Shown piece after piece: positions 1 to 9,856 of a stretch of 64,000 nt of DNA (position 1 is the first letter of the stretch; each line of letters opens with the position of its first letter). Where the stretch lies: the NCBI GenBank assembly GCA_019429105.1, contig JAHYJE010000013.1:4193-68192 (forward strand), written 5' to 3'. This DNA is from Syntrophobacterales bacterium. Its GTDB lineage: Bacteria > Desulfobacterota > Syntrophia > Syntrophales > UBA5619. The translations under genes were made by a program, and so were the position numbers. The notes beneath the pieces were generated by a model. It was not told the DNA's origin. It saw only the letters and a program-made list of their open reading frames with translations, and did no database searches.

Positions 1-170
1 AAGCCATTCTTTTTACCTCCTTACTTTTCCATGATCAGCTATTGGTATGAATTCCGAGTTCCGGCGATAGTATAAGATACTACATCGCTATTCGCTGCTA
101 TTTGCGGATCGGCATTGATCATCGACCACGTGTGGAAAACGATAAACTTAAGCTTATGAAATATCAACAG

Positions 171-1169
171 CTATCTTCCAATCCTAAAGCCCGAACCTTT
201 CTTTGGCCCGTTTTCGTAAGGTGTGGGGTTTGACGCCGAGGAGGCGGGCAGGGGCATGTCCCCGATCTCGTCCAAGAAGATCGTGCCCCGATCGGCGAGT
301 TCGAATTTTCCCTTCTTCTGCCGATCGGCCCCGGTGAAGGCGCCCCTCTCGTGACCGAACAGTTCGCTCTCCACGAGGGTTTCGGGGATAGCGGCACAGT
401 TGACGGTGATTATGGGTTCATTCTTGCGGGTGCTGTTGAAATGGATCGCCCGGGCGACAAGTTCCTTGCCCGTTCCCGTTTCACCCTGGATCAGAATGGC
501 AGAATCGTACAGGGCAGCAGCCCGGACGGTCTCCATGACCTTCGTTATGGCCGGACTCCGGCCGATCATATTTTGACCCGAGAATTCCCGAACCAGTTCC
601 TCCCGCTCGGCTTCCAGTTTTTCCTTGCGAAGGTAGGTTGCGGCTATCTCCAGCGTTTCCGGCGAAGGCAGTGTGATCCGGGGAAAGGATCCCAGCGAAA
701 GGCGAATCTCGGTAACGGCCTTTTGAGCTGGTCTCAGGAAGCGCGGCGGCGTAATCTTGAGGAGTGTGGCGGGTACCAGTCCCGACTGGGCGAGTAGAAA
801 CCAGACGGTCTGCATCTGCGGCGTTCCGGAGGCCGTGGCGACGGAGCATACCGGCTTTTGATCCCGATATTCGTCCAGAATTTTACGGCAAAGCCCACTC
901 ATGTGCAGAAAGAGGGCCTCGTAATCGGTGGGATCGGGGATGTCGAGGTTGTGGATATGGGTACGGCATTTCTCTACCCGTGTAACGATCTCCTGCTGGA
1001 GCTGCTGGGCGTTGAGAAGGGTGTTCGGCGTGGTGAAGATGTGGACGGCAGCAAAGGATCGCTCCGCAAGCAGCGTAAGTACCGGTCCGTCGGTGAATAC
1101 CCCCTTGACGATTTCGGCATTGAACGGATCCCGGTTTCCGGCAAAGGTGAGCAGAATATCCATAGCCAT
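171..1169 (-). pseudogene. 3'-truncated sigma-54-dependent transcriptional activator with RtcR-type (CARF-like) N-terminal sensor domain
   Basis: The N-terminal part 'DPTDYEALF...[30 protein letters not shown]' aligns by eye with E. coli RtcR 'NPWDFEEVY...TGTHVAQICWFLLAEARYLPARLIQSSPPR'. AAA+ motifs are present: Walker A 'GETGTGKE', '[15 protein letters not shown]', Walker B 'IFLDEIGDM'. Similarity stops near nt 246 and the last 24 codons are unrelated. The rest of the AAA+ domain and the C-terminal HTH are absent in all frames. Confidence 0.6.
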
Positions 1170-1380
1170 CTCTCGAATATTTTTTAATAATACGCCGTGA
1201 CATTATAATCAGATCAACAACCTGTCAAGGAAGAAAGCCAGGAAAAGGGAATATTAAATATTGACCGACATTGCCTTTTAACCTATAACCCCGTGGCGAA
1301 TCGGGGCTGGCGGATCAGCTTGATTGCAGGGGCGACCTTAGTGGCTGTCCGGAAGCAGGGCGGGCAAGGGAAGATTAACA

Positions 1381-3339
1381 ATGATTGACTATAAAAGTGA
1401 ACTTAACGCCGAGCAGCTTCAGGTCGTTGTTGAAGCGGGCGGGCCGATACTGGTTATTGCCGGGGCGGGGAGCGGTAAGACCCGGACGCTTACCTGCCGT
1501 GTTGCCCATCTTGTGGAAGAGGGGATTCCCCCGGAGCGAATAATGTTGGCAACCTTCACCAACAAGGCCGCCCGCTCAATGCTTTCGCAGGTTGAAAAGC
1601 TGATCGGCCGTGATATAAACGGTTTATGGGGGGGAACATTTCATCACCTGGCCCACCGCACCCTGCGCGTGCACGCGAGCCGCCTGGGATTTGCCGCCAA
1701 CTTTTCCATCCTCGACAGCGAGGATTCCCGCCAATTGCTCAATACCTGCATCAAGGAGCTGGGGATTGACGACAAGGCCGGCAAATTTCCTAAAGGGGAC
1801 GTTGTCGGCGGGATCATCAGCCTCGGAATTAATACGGAAATTGCCATTCCGGACATAATCGCGAATCGCTACCCGTATTTTGAGAATCGCACGGAGGATA
1901 TCCTTGCCGTCGCCTCCCGGTACAGAACGAGGAAACAGGCGTTGAATGTCATGGATTTTGACGATCTGCTCTTTTTCTGGCGGGAGCTGCTCCTGAATTT
2001 TCCGGAAGCAAGGGACTACTATGCGGAGCGATTCCTCCATATCCTTGTCGATGAATATCAGGACACCAACCGTCTTCAGGCGGAAATCATGAACCTCCTT
2101 GCCGCCCGCCACCGCAACTTGATGGTTGTCGGCGACGATTCCCAGAGCATCTACTCCTTCCGGGGCGCCAATTATGAAAATATCATGAATTTTCCCGACT
2201 TGTATCCCGATTGCCGGATGTTCAAGCTGGAGACGAACTATCGCAGCACCCCGGAGATCCTTAATCTGGCGAACCTGAGCATCAACAACAATGAAAACCA
2301 GTTTCAGAAAACCCTGCGGGCGGTGCGGGGAAAAGGTGTGCGCCCCGTTCTCGTTCCCACCCGGAATGTCCTGCAGCAGGCCGATTTCGTCGCCCAGCGG
2401 ATACTGGAGCTAAACCGCAGCGGCGTTCCCCTGAGTGAGATAGCGGTGTTGTATCGGGCGCATTTCCATTCGATGGAGGTGCAGATGGAGCTGACACGCC
2501 GGGGAATTCCGTTCGAGATCCGGTCGGGGATACGTTTTTTTGAGCAGGCCCATATCAAGGATGTTACGGCCTATCTCCGGATAATCGTCAATCCGAAGGA
2601 TGAAATGGCTTGGAAAAGGGCGCTTGGCCTTTACGATAAAATCGGCCCCGCGACGGCGGACAAGCTCTGGCGGTATATTAACGGGCAGGCGGATACCTTG
2701 GCGGCGGTTCTAACCGACGATTTCAAGAAGGCGGCGCCCCGTTCGGCAGCCCCCGGGCTCGGACGCTTTCTCGAGACCTTTCGGGCCGTCAATGCCGCAA
2801 GGGGAAGCGCTCCGCCTTTGCTTATCGAAGCAATCATTAAAAACGGATACATCGATCTTCTCCGGGAGAACCGCAGCGATGCTGCCTCCCGTGAGGAAGA
2901 CCTGTTGCAGTTCATGAATTTTTCCTCGCGCTTTTCCTCACCGGAGGATTTCTTGAGTGAACTTGCCCTGTTGACCAGCGTCAACGGTGACGACGCCGAT
3001 AACGAAACGATGCTGCAGGAGCGCGTTGTCCTGTCGTCCATCCATCAGGCGAAAGGGCTGGAATGGCAGGCAGTGCTGATGATCTGGTGCAGCGAGGGGA
3101 TGATGCCGCTGGCCCGGGCGTTGAAGGATGAGGGCGGGGAAGAAGAGGAAAGGCGGCTTTTTTACGTTGCGGCGACCCGCGCCAAGGACCAGTTATACCT
3201 CAGCTATCCCCTTACCGACTATTCGCGGGGGATGGGAAATATGCCGGTCAGTCCCTCCCGTTTCATCATGGAACTTTCCCCCTATTCGCGAAACGCCAAG
3301 GATCTTCCCTATGAAAGATGGCAGGTCGAAGACTTTTAG
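1381..3339 (+). CDS. UvrD/Rep/PcrA-family ATP-dependent DNA helicase (652 aa)
   Basis: Superfamily-1 helicase motifs: 'AGAGSGKTRTL' (Walker A), 'ILVDEYQDTN', 'VGDDSQSIYSFRGA', 'TNYRST', 'SSIHQAKGLEW', 'LFYVAATRAK'. Confidence 0.9.
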   Translation: MIDYKSELNAEQLQVVVEAGGPILVIAGAGSGKTRTLTCRVAHLVEEGIPPERIMLATFTNKAARSMLSQVEKLIGRDINGLWGGTFHHLAHRTLRVHASRLGFAANFSILDSEDSRQLLNTCIKELGIDDKAGKFPKGDVVGGIISLGINTEIAIPDIIANRYPYFENRTEDILAVASRYRTRKQALNVMDFDDLLFFWRELLLNFPEARDYYAERFLHILVDEYQDTNRLQAEIMNLLAARHRNLMVVGDDSQSIYSFRGANYENIMNFPDLYPDCRMFKLETNYRSTPEILNLANLSINNNENQFQKTLRAVRGKGVRPVLVPTRNVLQQADFVAQRILELNRSGVPLSEIAVLYRAHFHSMEVQMELTRRGIPFEIRSGIRFFEQAHIKDVTAYLRIIVNPKDEMAWKRALGLYDKIGPATADKLWRYINGQADTLAAVLTDDFKKAAPRSAAPGLGRFLETFRAVNAARGSAPPLLIEAIIKNGYIDLLRENRSDAASREEDLLQFMNFSSRFSSPEDFLSELALLTSVNGDDADNETMLQERVVLSSIHQAKGLEWQAVLMIWCSEGMMPLARALKDEGGEEEERRLFYVAATRAKDQLYLSYPLTDYSRGMGNMPVSPSRFIMELSPYSRNAKDLPYERWQVEDF

Positions 3340-3400
3340 GACAGCGCGACCATCAACACCTGTCTGCCCCCTTCCAGAAACTGGCCTACGTGGCCGTTCG

Positions 3401-5398
3401 TCATGCCGCAGATTCCGCTTGCCCTTCGCGTTTTCTGCGGAACCACTGGAACAGAAAAACAACAAGGAACAGAGCGACGCCGATCAGGTCGGTCTGGAGG
3501 CCCGGTTTGATCAGCAAAAAAGAGGTGACCAGCAGCAGCAATACCTCGTACCAGGTGGTCCTGACCAGCATGCAGCGCTGGACGGCAGCAGCCAGACAGA
3601 TCACTCCGAATGTGGCCGTAAGCAACGCCAGAAGTATCTTCCAGAGGCTGCCGACGAAGAGCAGTTCGGGGGCATAGACAAACATGAAGGGGATGATGAA
3701 GCCGGCGATCCCGAGCTGGAAGGCTGCCAGTCCCGTCTTCCAGGGGTCTGAGCGGGCGATCCCCGCCCCGGCATAGGCGGCCAGAGCCACGGGGGGGGTG
3801 ATGTCGGCGCGCGTTCCGAAATAGAGAATGAACAGGTGGGCGGCCATCGGCAGGACCCCCATCTGGACGAGAGCAGGCGCCACCAGCGCCGAGATGATGA
3901 CATACTGGGCCGTCGTCGGCACCCCCATTCCCAGGAACAGGCAGGCGATCATGGTGAACGGCAGAGCCAGGTAGAGCTGTCCCATGGAGGCATCGACGAT
4001 CATTGAAGAAAATTTGATCCCCAGACCGGTCATCGTGATGGATCCAATGATAATGCCCGCCGCGGCACAGGCGGCTGCCACCTCGACTGCGCCGACTGCG
4101 CCCTCCTCGAGACCCTCCAGGATCAGCTTCCCGAAGGTCTTCAGCGATTCCTTCCGGATAATGCTCATGAGGAAGGAGGTGGCGACTGTGGCGAGGATCG
4201 CCCAGAAAACGGCCCGTTCCGGAGAAAAGTCCTGCATCAAAAAAGCGATCAGCAGGAAGATGGAGAAGAGGTGGTGCCAACCCGCGGCAAAGGCGGCACC
4301 GATCTTCGGCAGTTCGTTCCGGGGAAGACCGACGAGACCCAGGGAAACGGCCCGGAAGTGGACCTGCATGAACGTCGAGAAGAAGGCGAGTGTCGCCGGG
4401 ATGGCGGCGGCGATGCAGACCTTGTAGTAGGGGACGGAGAGAAACTCCGCCATGATGAAGGCGGCGGCCCCCATGATGGGCGGCATGATCTGCCCCATAG
4501 TGGAGGATGCCGCTTCGACGCCGCCCGCGAAATGGGCGGGATAGCCGGTCCTTTTCATCAGGGGGATGGTGAAGGTTCCCGTCGTGACCGTGTTGGCAAC
4601 CGAACTCCCCGAGATCATCCCGAAGAAGGTGCTGGAGACGACGGCTGCCTTCGCAGGTCCCCCTCTCGTCCAGCCGGTCAGGGCGAAGGCCACGTCCGTA
4701 AAAAACTCTCCGGCGCCGGTCTTCCGGAGCAGGGCGCCGTAGAGAATGAACAGGAGGATGAAGTTGGCCGACACACCGAGGGGGATGCCGAATATCCCGT
4801 CTGTGGAAAGAGAAAGGTAGGTGGAGAGCCGCTGGATGCTGTACCCCTTGTGGGCCAGGGCATCCGGGAGATAAGGCCCGAAGAGGGCGTAGCCGATGAA
4901 GACGACGGCGATCAGAGGAACGGCCATGCCCGCGGCGCGCCGGGCCGCCTCCAGGATAATCAGTACGAGGATGGTGCTCGTGACGACATCCATCGTTCGG
5001 AAGCTTCCCGCACGGTTGAGAATGGCAGTGGAATTGATAAAAATCCACAGGCAGATGGCCACTGAAATGATCAGCAGCACCACGTCCGGGAGGGACATAC
5101 GCTTGAGCGGCGACCGCTTCTTGGAAAAAGGGTAAAGGGCAAACAGCAGCAAGGACATGAACAGCCAGTGGATCGCCCGGTGGTCCAGTGCGAAGAAGGG
5201 GTGAAAATAGGCGTACAGCAGGTGATAGCTGGATGTCATCACTGCCACGATCTTAATGAACAGGGCGGGAAGGTTCTTGTATTGGCGTTTCCGTTCGAAT
5301 TCGTCGAGCACCTCTTTGGCGCGTTGCGCCGCCAGGGCCTCTTCCGTCTCCTGTTCCTTTTTTATCGTTTGCTGCCGCTCTTCATTGTGCGAATCCAT
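3401..5398 (-). CDS. TRAP transporter fused permease (TAXI-type 4TM/12TM fusion)
   Basis: Long polytopic membrane protein located downstream of a TAXI receptor and a DUF1850 gene. I place the start at the ATG at 5398 ('MDSHNEERQ'), preceded by AAGGGAG, rather than at the ORF-track start 5530. Confidence 0.85.
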   Translation of the reverse strand: MDSHNEERQQTIKKEQETEEALAAQRAKEVLDEFERKRQYKNLPALFIKIVAVMTSSYHLLYAYFHPFFALDHRAIHWLFMSLLLFALYPFSKKRSPLKRMSLPDVVLLIISVAICLWIFINSTAILNRAGSFRTMDVVTSTILVLIILEAARRAAGMAVPLIAVVFIGYALFGPYLPDALAHKGYSIQRLSTYLSLSTDGIFGIPLGVSANFILLFILYGALLRKTGAGEFFTDVAFALTGWTRGGPAKAAVVSSTFFGMISGSSVANTVTTGTFTIPLMKRTGYPAHFAGGVEAASSTMGQIMPPIMGAAAFIMAEFLSVPYYKVCIAAAIPATLAFFSTFMQVHFRAVSLGLVGLPRNELPKIGAAFAAGWHHLFSIFLLIAFLMQDFSPERAVFWAILATVATSFLMSIIRKESLKTFGKLILEGLEEGAVGAVEVAAACAAAGIIIGSITMTGLGIKFSSMIVDASMGQLYLALPFTMIACLFLGMGVPTTAQYVIISALVAPALVQMGVLPMAAHLFILYFGTRADITPPVALAAYAGAGIARSDPWKTGLAAFQLGIAGFIIPFMFVYAPELLFVGSLWKILLALLTATFGVICLAAAVQRCMLVRTTWYEVLLLLVTSFLLIKPGLQTDLIGVALFLVVFLFQWFRRKREGQAESAA

Positions 5399-5844
5399 AC
5401 AGACTCCCTTTTCTTTGCAATGGACAACAGCGGTATTTCCCGACCGTGAAGGATCAGGACGTGGTTGGCGACTTCTCCAACCCGGAGCAGAAACCGTGGG
5501 AAAGGTCGGTGCAGACGCACCCGGGTCCATTCCCCGGAGAAGTCGGTTATCCCGATATCGGGGTGGGATTCCAGACCCGCCCCATACCAGAGGTAGCTTT
5601 CCTCGATAAGAATGATCTCCCCGTCATCGTCGATCGTGAACAGATCCCGCACCGGTGTGTGGTCGGAGGAGTGGCGGTATTCAATGGTGAAAAAATCCCC
5701 CCGCTTCACGGGAGATTCCCAGAGCGCCTCCTCTCCGGCCTTACGGACGATCTGAAGGGTCCACTCCCGCTCCGCGGCGGCGCCGGCAAATGCCGGCTCC
5801 GCCATCGGTAAGAACATGAGTGCCAGACAGAGAGCTTTGTACAC
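5362..5844 (-). CDS. DUF1850-family protein (TAXI-TRAP associated), signal peptide
   Basis: GTG start. N-terminal 'MYKALCLALMFLPMAEPAFA'. The segment 'EYRHSSDHTPVRDLFTIDDDGEIILIEESYLWYGAGLE' matches my memory of the DUF1850 pattern. Its position between a TAXI receptor and the fused permease is the typical one. Confidence 0.7.
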   Translation of the reverse strand: MYKALCLALMFLPMAEPAFAGAAAEREWTLQIVRKAGEEALWESPVKRGDFFTIEYRHSSDHTPVRDLFTIDDDGEIILIEESYLWYGAGLESHPDIGITDFSGEWTRVRLHRPFPRFLLRVGEVANHVLILHGREIPLLSIAKKRESVWIRTMKSGSKR

Positions 5845-5876
5845 AGGCGACCCTTTGATGCGTTTTTCCCTTCCTC

Positions 5877-6848
5877 CTACTTCAGCGCCCCGACTTCCCT
5901 GAAATATTTCGCCGCGCCGGGGTGAAGCGGAAGCGGGCTGTTCACGGCATTCTGCGGCGTCAACTGGGCCGCTACCGGATGGACGTTGATCAGGGCGTAC
6001 TTCCCCTCCTTGACGTTGCTGTAGATCGCCTTCACAATCTTGTAAGCCACGTCGTTCTTCATCTTCTTGTTGGCGATCATCACGTTGGAATCGCCCAGCG
6101 CGAGGACATCGTCATCCACCTTGGAGTAGGTCTTCCCCGGGATGGTGATCTTTACGTAATAGGGGTACTTCTTGATGATTTTGTCCGCCAGTTTCTGTTC
6201 GACCGGAACCAGGACGATGTCGCGGGTTGCCGCCAGGTCCATCACCGCCGAGCCCGGATAGGCGAAGTTGAAGAAGACCGCGTCCACGACCCCGTCCTTG
6301 AGGGCCTGGACCGATTCCGTCTGCGAGAGGTTGGCGATGGTGAGGTCTTTCTCCAGATTGAATCCGGCCTCTTCGAGAATGATCTTGGCCATCGTCGAGC
6401 AGCCGCTGCCGGGGACGTCGATCGAAACCTTCTTGCCCTTCAGATCGGCGATGCTCTTGATTCCGGACTGAACCGTCGTCACGAGGTGCTGGGGCGCCGG
6501 GTACATCTGGAACAGGGAGACGATGTCGTATTTCTTTTCAAAAGGCGCCTTTCCCTGGGAGGCGTTGTAGCCGACGCTCCCCATCACCATTCCCATGTCC
6601 GAATCGCCGTTGCCGACGAGACGGCTGTTCTCCACCGAGGCTCCTGTGGATTCGGCGGCGCAGCGGAAGCCTTCCACTGTTTTCTGGACGATGACTGACA
6701 TTCCGCCCCCGAGCGGATAATAGGCCCCGCCGGGGCTTCCCGAGGCGAGCGTCAGAAAGACCTTCTTTTCCGCAGCGAACGTCTGGGGCGCAAACCCCAG
6801 GGACGCTGCCACCAGTACCGCAAATATCATGATCATTGAACGTTTCAT
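5877..6848 (-). CDS. TAXI-family TRAP transporter solute receptor
   Basis: Signal peptide 'MKRSMIMIFAVLVAASLGFAPQTFA'. The motif 'LASGSPGGAYYPLGGGM' is typical of TAXI receptors. Start chosen at 6848 because it is 7 nt from AAGGAGGG; 6854 is also possible. Confidence 0.8.
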   Translation of the reverse strand: MKRSMIMIFAVLVAASLGFAPQTFAAEKKVFLTLASGSPGGAYYPLGGGMSVIVQKTVEGFRCAAESTGASVENSRLVGNGDSDMGMVMGSVGYNASQGKAPFEKKYDIVSLFQMYPAPQHLVTTVQSGIKSIADLKGKKVSIDVPGSGCSTMAKIILEEAGFNLEKDLTIANLSQTESVQALKDGVVDAVFFNFAYPGSAVMDLAATRDIVLVPVEQKLADKIIKKYPYYVKITIPGKTYSKVDDDVLALGDSNVMIANKKMKNDVAYKIVKAIYSNVKEGKYALINVHPVAAQLTPQNAVNSPLPLHPGAAKYFREVGALK

Positions 6849-6879
6849 TTTCATACCCTCCTTCGTTATTAATGGTTGG

Positions 6880-7641
6880 TTATTTTTTCCGCTCAGCGAA
6901 CTCCTCCAACTTATCCAGCCGTTCCGGCGCCGAAACGGTTGCCAGGCATGCCTCGACCTCATAGTCCATCAGCGCCTCCAGGCTGACCTCCGAGGCCATG
7001 TTGAGTCCCTTCTTGATCAGGTTGATGGAAAAAAGCGAATTGGCGGCAATCTTCTTCGCCATGGCAAAGGTCTCTTCCATCAATTGTTCGGCGGGAACAG
7101 CCTTATTGACCAGGCCGATCCGTTCCGCTTCCTTCCCGTCGATATAGTCGCAGGTAAACAGGAGCTCCCGGGCCTTGCCGGAGCCGACCAGATCCTGCAC
7201 GAGGCGCATCGCGCCGCCGGTGACCGAGGAGGAGACCCGCGCCTCGGGGGAACCGAACTTCGCCCCTTCCGCGGCGATCCGGATGTCGCAGGCCAGGGCC
7301 AACTCGTAGCCGCTTCCCAAGGCGAATCCATTTACGGCGGCGATGGTCGGCTTCGGATAGCGGATGATCTGGCGGGAGATATCCTGGAGGTGAACCAGAT
7401 AGTCCCGGTAGGCTTTGAGCGATCGCCCTTTGGAGTCCTTGAGGTCCGCGCCGGTTGAAAAGGCGCGTCCCGTCCCGGTGAATATGAGTACCCGGACGCT
7501 GTCGTCCTCGCGGGCGTCAGCGAGGGCCTGCTCGATGTCGAGCCAGAGCTGTTTGTTCATGGCGTTGAGTACTTCGGGTCGGTTCAGGGTGATGACGGCA
7601 ACCCCCTCTTTTTTCTCGTAAATGATGCATTCAAAGGTCAT
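6880..7641 (-). CDS. enoyl-CoA hydratase/isomerase (crotonase) family protein
   Basis: 'VAVITLNRPEVLNAM', 'VLIFTGTGRAFSTGADL', 'AAVNGFALGSGYELALACDIRIA' form the crotonase oxyanion-hole pattern. Confidence 0.85.
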   Translation of the reverse strand: MTFECIIYEKKEGVAVITLNRPEVLNAMNKQLWLDIEQALADAREDDSVRVLIFTGTGRAFSTGADLKDSKGRSLKAYRDYLVHLQDISRQIIRYPKPTIAAVNGFALGSGYELALACDIRIAAEGAKFGSPEARVSSSVTGGAMRLVQDLVGSGKARELLFTCDYIDGKEAERIGLVNKAVPAEQLMEETFAMAKKIAANSLFSINLIKKGLNMASEVSLEALMDYEVEACLATVSAPERLDKLEEFAERKK

Positions 7642-7652
7642 GATAATCCTCC

Positions 7653-9779
7653 TTAGGCGATGATGATCCGGGCGTCGACGATGGACGCCCCCTGTTCATG
7701 CACGATAATGGGATTGATATCCACTTCCTGAATTTCCGGATGATCGGCCGCCAACTGGGCGATCACCCGGAGGAGATCCTTAAGGATTCCGGTATCCTTC
7801 GGTTTCTGCCCACGGACGCCGCTGAGGAGGGGATATCCCTTGATTTCATGGATCATCTCCTCCATGTCGAGATCGGTCAGGGGGGCGACCCGGAAGGAGA
7901 CGTCCTTCAACACCTCCACGAAGATTCCGCCAAGGCCGAACATGAGAACCGTGCCAAACTGGGGATTCCGGATCATCCCGACAATGCACTCCTGCCCAGG
8001 TGGCGCCATCGGGGCGACGAGGACGCCCAAAACCTTTTCCGGGCTGCTGCGACGAGAAGCGTTGGCTACGACCTCCGCGAAGCCCTCGCGGACAGCAGCC
8101 TCGTCACTCAGGTTCAGGAGGATTCCGCCCGCGTCGGACTTGTGGATGATTTCGGGGGAGACAATCTTCAGGGCGACGGGAAAGCCGAGAGCCGCTGCGG
8201 CCGCGACTGCGTCATTCGCTGTTTTCGCCAGTGTTGCTGGAGGAAGGGAGACACCGTAGTACGTAAGGAGTTCCCGGGCCTCCGTCTCCAGGAGATTTTT
8301 TCTGCCCGCCTGCTTCACAGCCTCGATCAGGGTCCTGGCCTTGTCAACATCTGTCGGAATGGCCGGCAGAGGACTCGCGAGATTCAGGATTTTCCGTCGG
8401 GCAGCGAATTTTGCCATATATGCCAGGCACTGTGCGGCCCGCTCCGAGGAGGGGGTCAGCAATACGCCGTTTTCACTTAGTATTTGCATTGAGCGGAAGG
8501 GGGATTGGGCAAAGGAGGTGTGAACGGCGATCGGCTTGCCGTACTGCCGCATCAGACGGACCAGTTCCCGCGAGGTCTTCTCTTCCAGTTCGCCGACGTG
8601 CGGGGCGATGATTTCCTTGAACCCGCCGAAAAATCCTGTGAGATAGATGGAATCGATCCCCTGCTCCTCCATGAGGGCCTCGACGACCTTGCTGATCATG
8701 TCGGGGTTCTCCTCGGCCGTCCCGCCGTAATCAATCGGGTTTGAGGCCGGCATCCCGGCGAGCAGGAACGGGCGGATCCGCTCCTGGGTTGCCTGGGGAA
8801 GGACAGGGACCTCCAAACCGAAATGTTCGGAATTGTCCGCGGCTACCGAATTGTCTCCTCCCCCCTCGGAGACGATGGCGACCCGGTTTCCCTTCGGCAG
8901 GGGCATGTTGGCAAAGGACATGGCGACATCGAACATCTCGTCCACGTTGGTGACCCGGACAATCCCCGCCTGGCGGAAGGCCGCTTCCACGACGGCGTCG
9001 TCGCCAGCGATTGAGCCGGTGTGGGAGGCGGCGGCTCTGGCGCCGGCCTTGCTCCGCCCCACCTTGAGAACAACGACCGGTTTCAGCTTCGAGACCTCGC
9101 GTGCTGCCCGGACGATCTGTCCGCCCTCCTTGATTCCCTCCATGTACATCAGGATCGCTTTGGTTCCCTCGTCCTGTCCCAGGTATTCGATGTACTCGTG
9201 GAACTTTACGCCAATGGCGTTTCCGGCGGAGATGATGTGGCTAAGTCCGACTCCGCGCATTTCGGCGTAGTGGGTGATCGAGTCGATGATGTTCCCGCTC
9301 TGGGCGATGACGGCGAGAGGCCCTTTTTTGATCGGCGGAACCCCGAGAAGGTTCATCCCGCCGGAGGCAGAGAAGAGCCCCGAGCAGTTAGGGCCGATGA
9401 TCTTGGCGTTTCCCTCGGTGGCGATCCGCAGTATTTCCGCTTCGATCCGCTTGCCCTCTTCACCCGTTTCTCCGAGGCCGGCAGTGATGATCACGATCCC
9501 CTTGGCGTGCATCTTGACGCTGTCGGCCACGGCCTGGGGAATAAACTTCGGGGCGACGACAACCATGACAAGATCCACCGCCTCTCCGATGTCGAGGATT
9601 GAGGTATAGGCTTTTTTCCCGAACAGGGTATCCCGCTTGGGGTTGATGAGGAAGATTTTTCCGGGGTAACCCCCCTGGATCAAACTCCTGGTGCGCCGCT
9701 CGGCTGCCTTGCCGGGGACTTCGGAGGCCCCTATGATCGCGATGGAGGCGGGGTTAAAAAGACGATTTAACGATTGCAT
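7653..9779 (-). CDS. ADP(NDP)-forming acyl-CoA synthetase, fused alpha/beta (CoA-binding, ligase-CoA and ATP-grasp domains)
   Basis: 'FNPASIAIIGAS' (CoA-binding N-terminus), 'GPNCSGL', 'SGNI', 'SHTGSIAG' (phosphohistidine loop), and a C-terminal ATP-grasp region. Start at the ATG at 9779 after AAGGAGGG. Confidence 0.85.
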   Translation of the reverse strand: MQSLNRLFNPASIAIIGASEVPGKAAERRTRSLIQGGYPGKIFLINPKRDTLFGKKAYTSILDIGEAVDLVMVVVAPKFIPQAVADSVKMHAKGIVIITAGLGETGEEGKRIEAEILRIATEGNAKIIGPNCSGLFSASGGMNLLGVPPIKKGPLAVIAQSGNIIDSITHYAEMRGVGLSHIISAGNAIGVKFHEYIEYLGQDEGTKAILMYMEGIKEGGQIVRAAREVSKLKPVVVLKVGRSKAGARAAASHTGSIAGDDAVVEAAFRQAGIVRVTNVDEMFDVAMSFANMPLPKGNRVAIVSEGGGDNSVAADNSEHFGLEVPVLPQATQERIRPFLLAGMPASNPIDYGGTAEENPDMISKVVEALMEEQGIDSIYLTGFFGGFKEIIAPHVGELEEKTSRELVRLMRQYGKPIAVHTSFAQSPFRSMQILSENGVLLTPSSERAAQCLAYMAKFAARRKILNLASPLPAIPTDVDKARTLIEAVKQAGRKNLLETEARELLTYYGVSLPPATLAKTANDAVAAAAALGFPVALKIVSPEIIHKSDAGGILLNLSDEAAVREGFAEVVANASRRSSPEKVLGVLVAPMAPPGQECIVGMIRNPQFGTVLMFGLGGIFVEVLKDVSFRVAPLTDLDMEEMIHEIKGYPLLSGVRGQKPKDTGILKDLLRVIAQLAADHPEIQEVDINPIIVHEQGASIVDARIIIA

Positions 9780-9856
9780 GATACCCTCCTTATAACGAAT
9801 TTTCCCATGGATATACATGAAGGGACGGGCTTGTCCAACCCCCGAAACAATCTGCG

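Noticed and set aside
1170-1380. Sigma-54 (-24 GG / -12 GC) promoters, looked for here and in the other inspected intergenic regions (9780-9856, 16026-16219, 28876-29291, 41482-41686, 44797-44937).
   Set aside because: Near-matches such as TGGCGGATCAGCTTGA (about 1308-1323) have the wrong spacing or lack the TTGC element. This was only a by-eye scan, so a PWM search could still find one.
3336-5048. A 570-aa ORF, together with other long ORFs in alternative or antisense frames (for example 4271-5065 +, 5922-6698 +, 13021-14427 +, 26491-27714 +, 31470-32471 -, 46960-47865 +, 49350-50159 +).
   Set aside because: They are Arg/Gly/Pro/His-rich low-complexity translations that lie entirely inside genes with clear family motifs in another frame. 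This is the usual by-product of GC-rich third positions, and none has a recognisable motif.
246-9830. A possible GC-rich island covering the truncated regulator, the helicase and the TRAP/ACD unit. Hand counts of single 60-nt lines gave 41/60 at 3841-3900, 42/60 at 8041-8100 and 46/60 at 9001-9060, against 27/60 at 20401-20460, 30/60 at 27001-27060 and 30/60 at 52501-52560.
   Set aside because: The sampling is too sparse, and a line inside aspS (13501-13560) also gave 40/60, so composition is heterogeneous elsewhere too. A proper sliding-window GC/GC3 and codon-usage analysis is needed before calling it an island.
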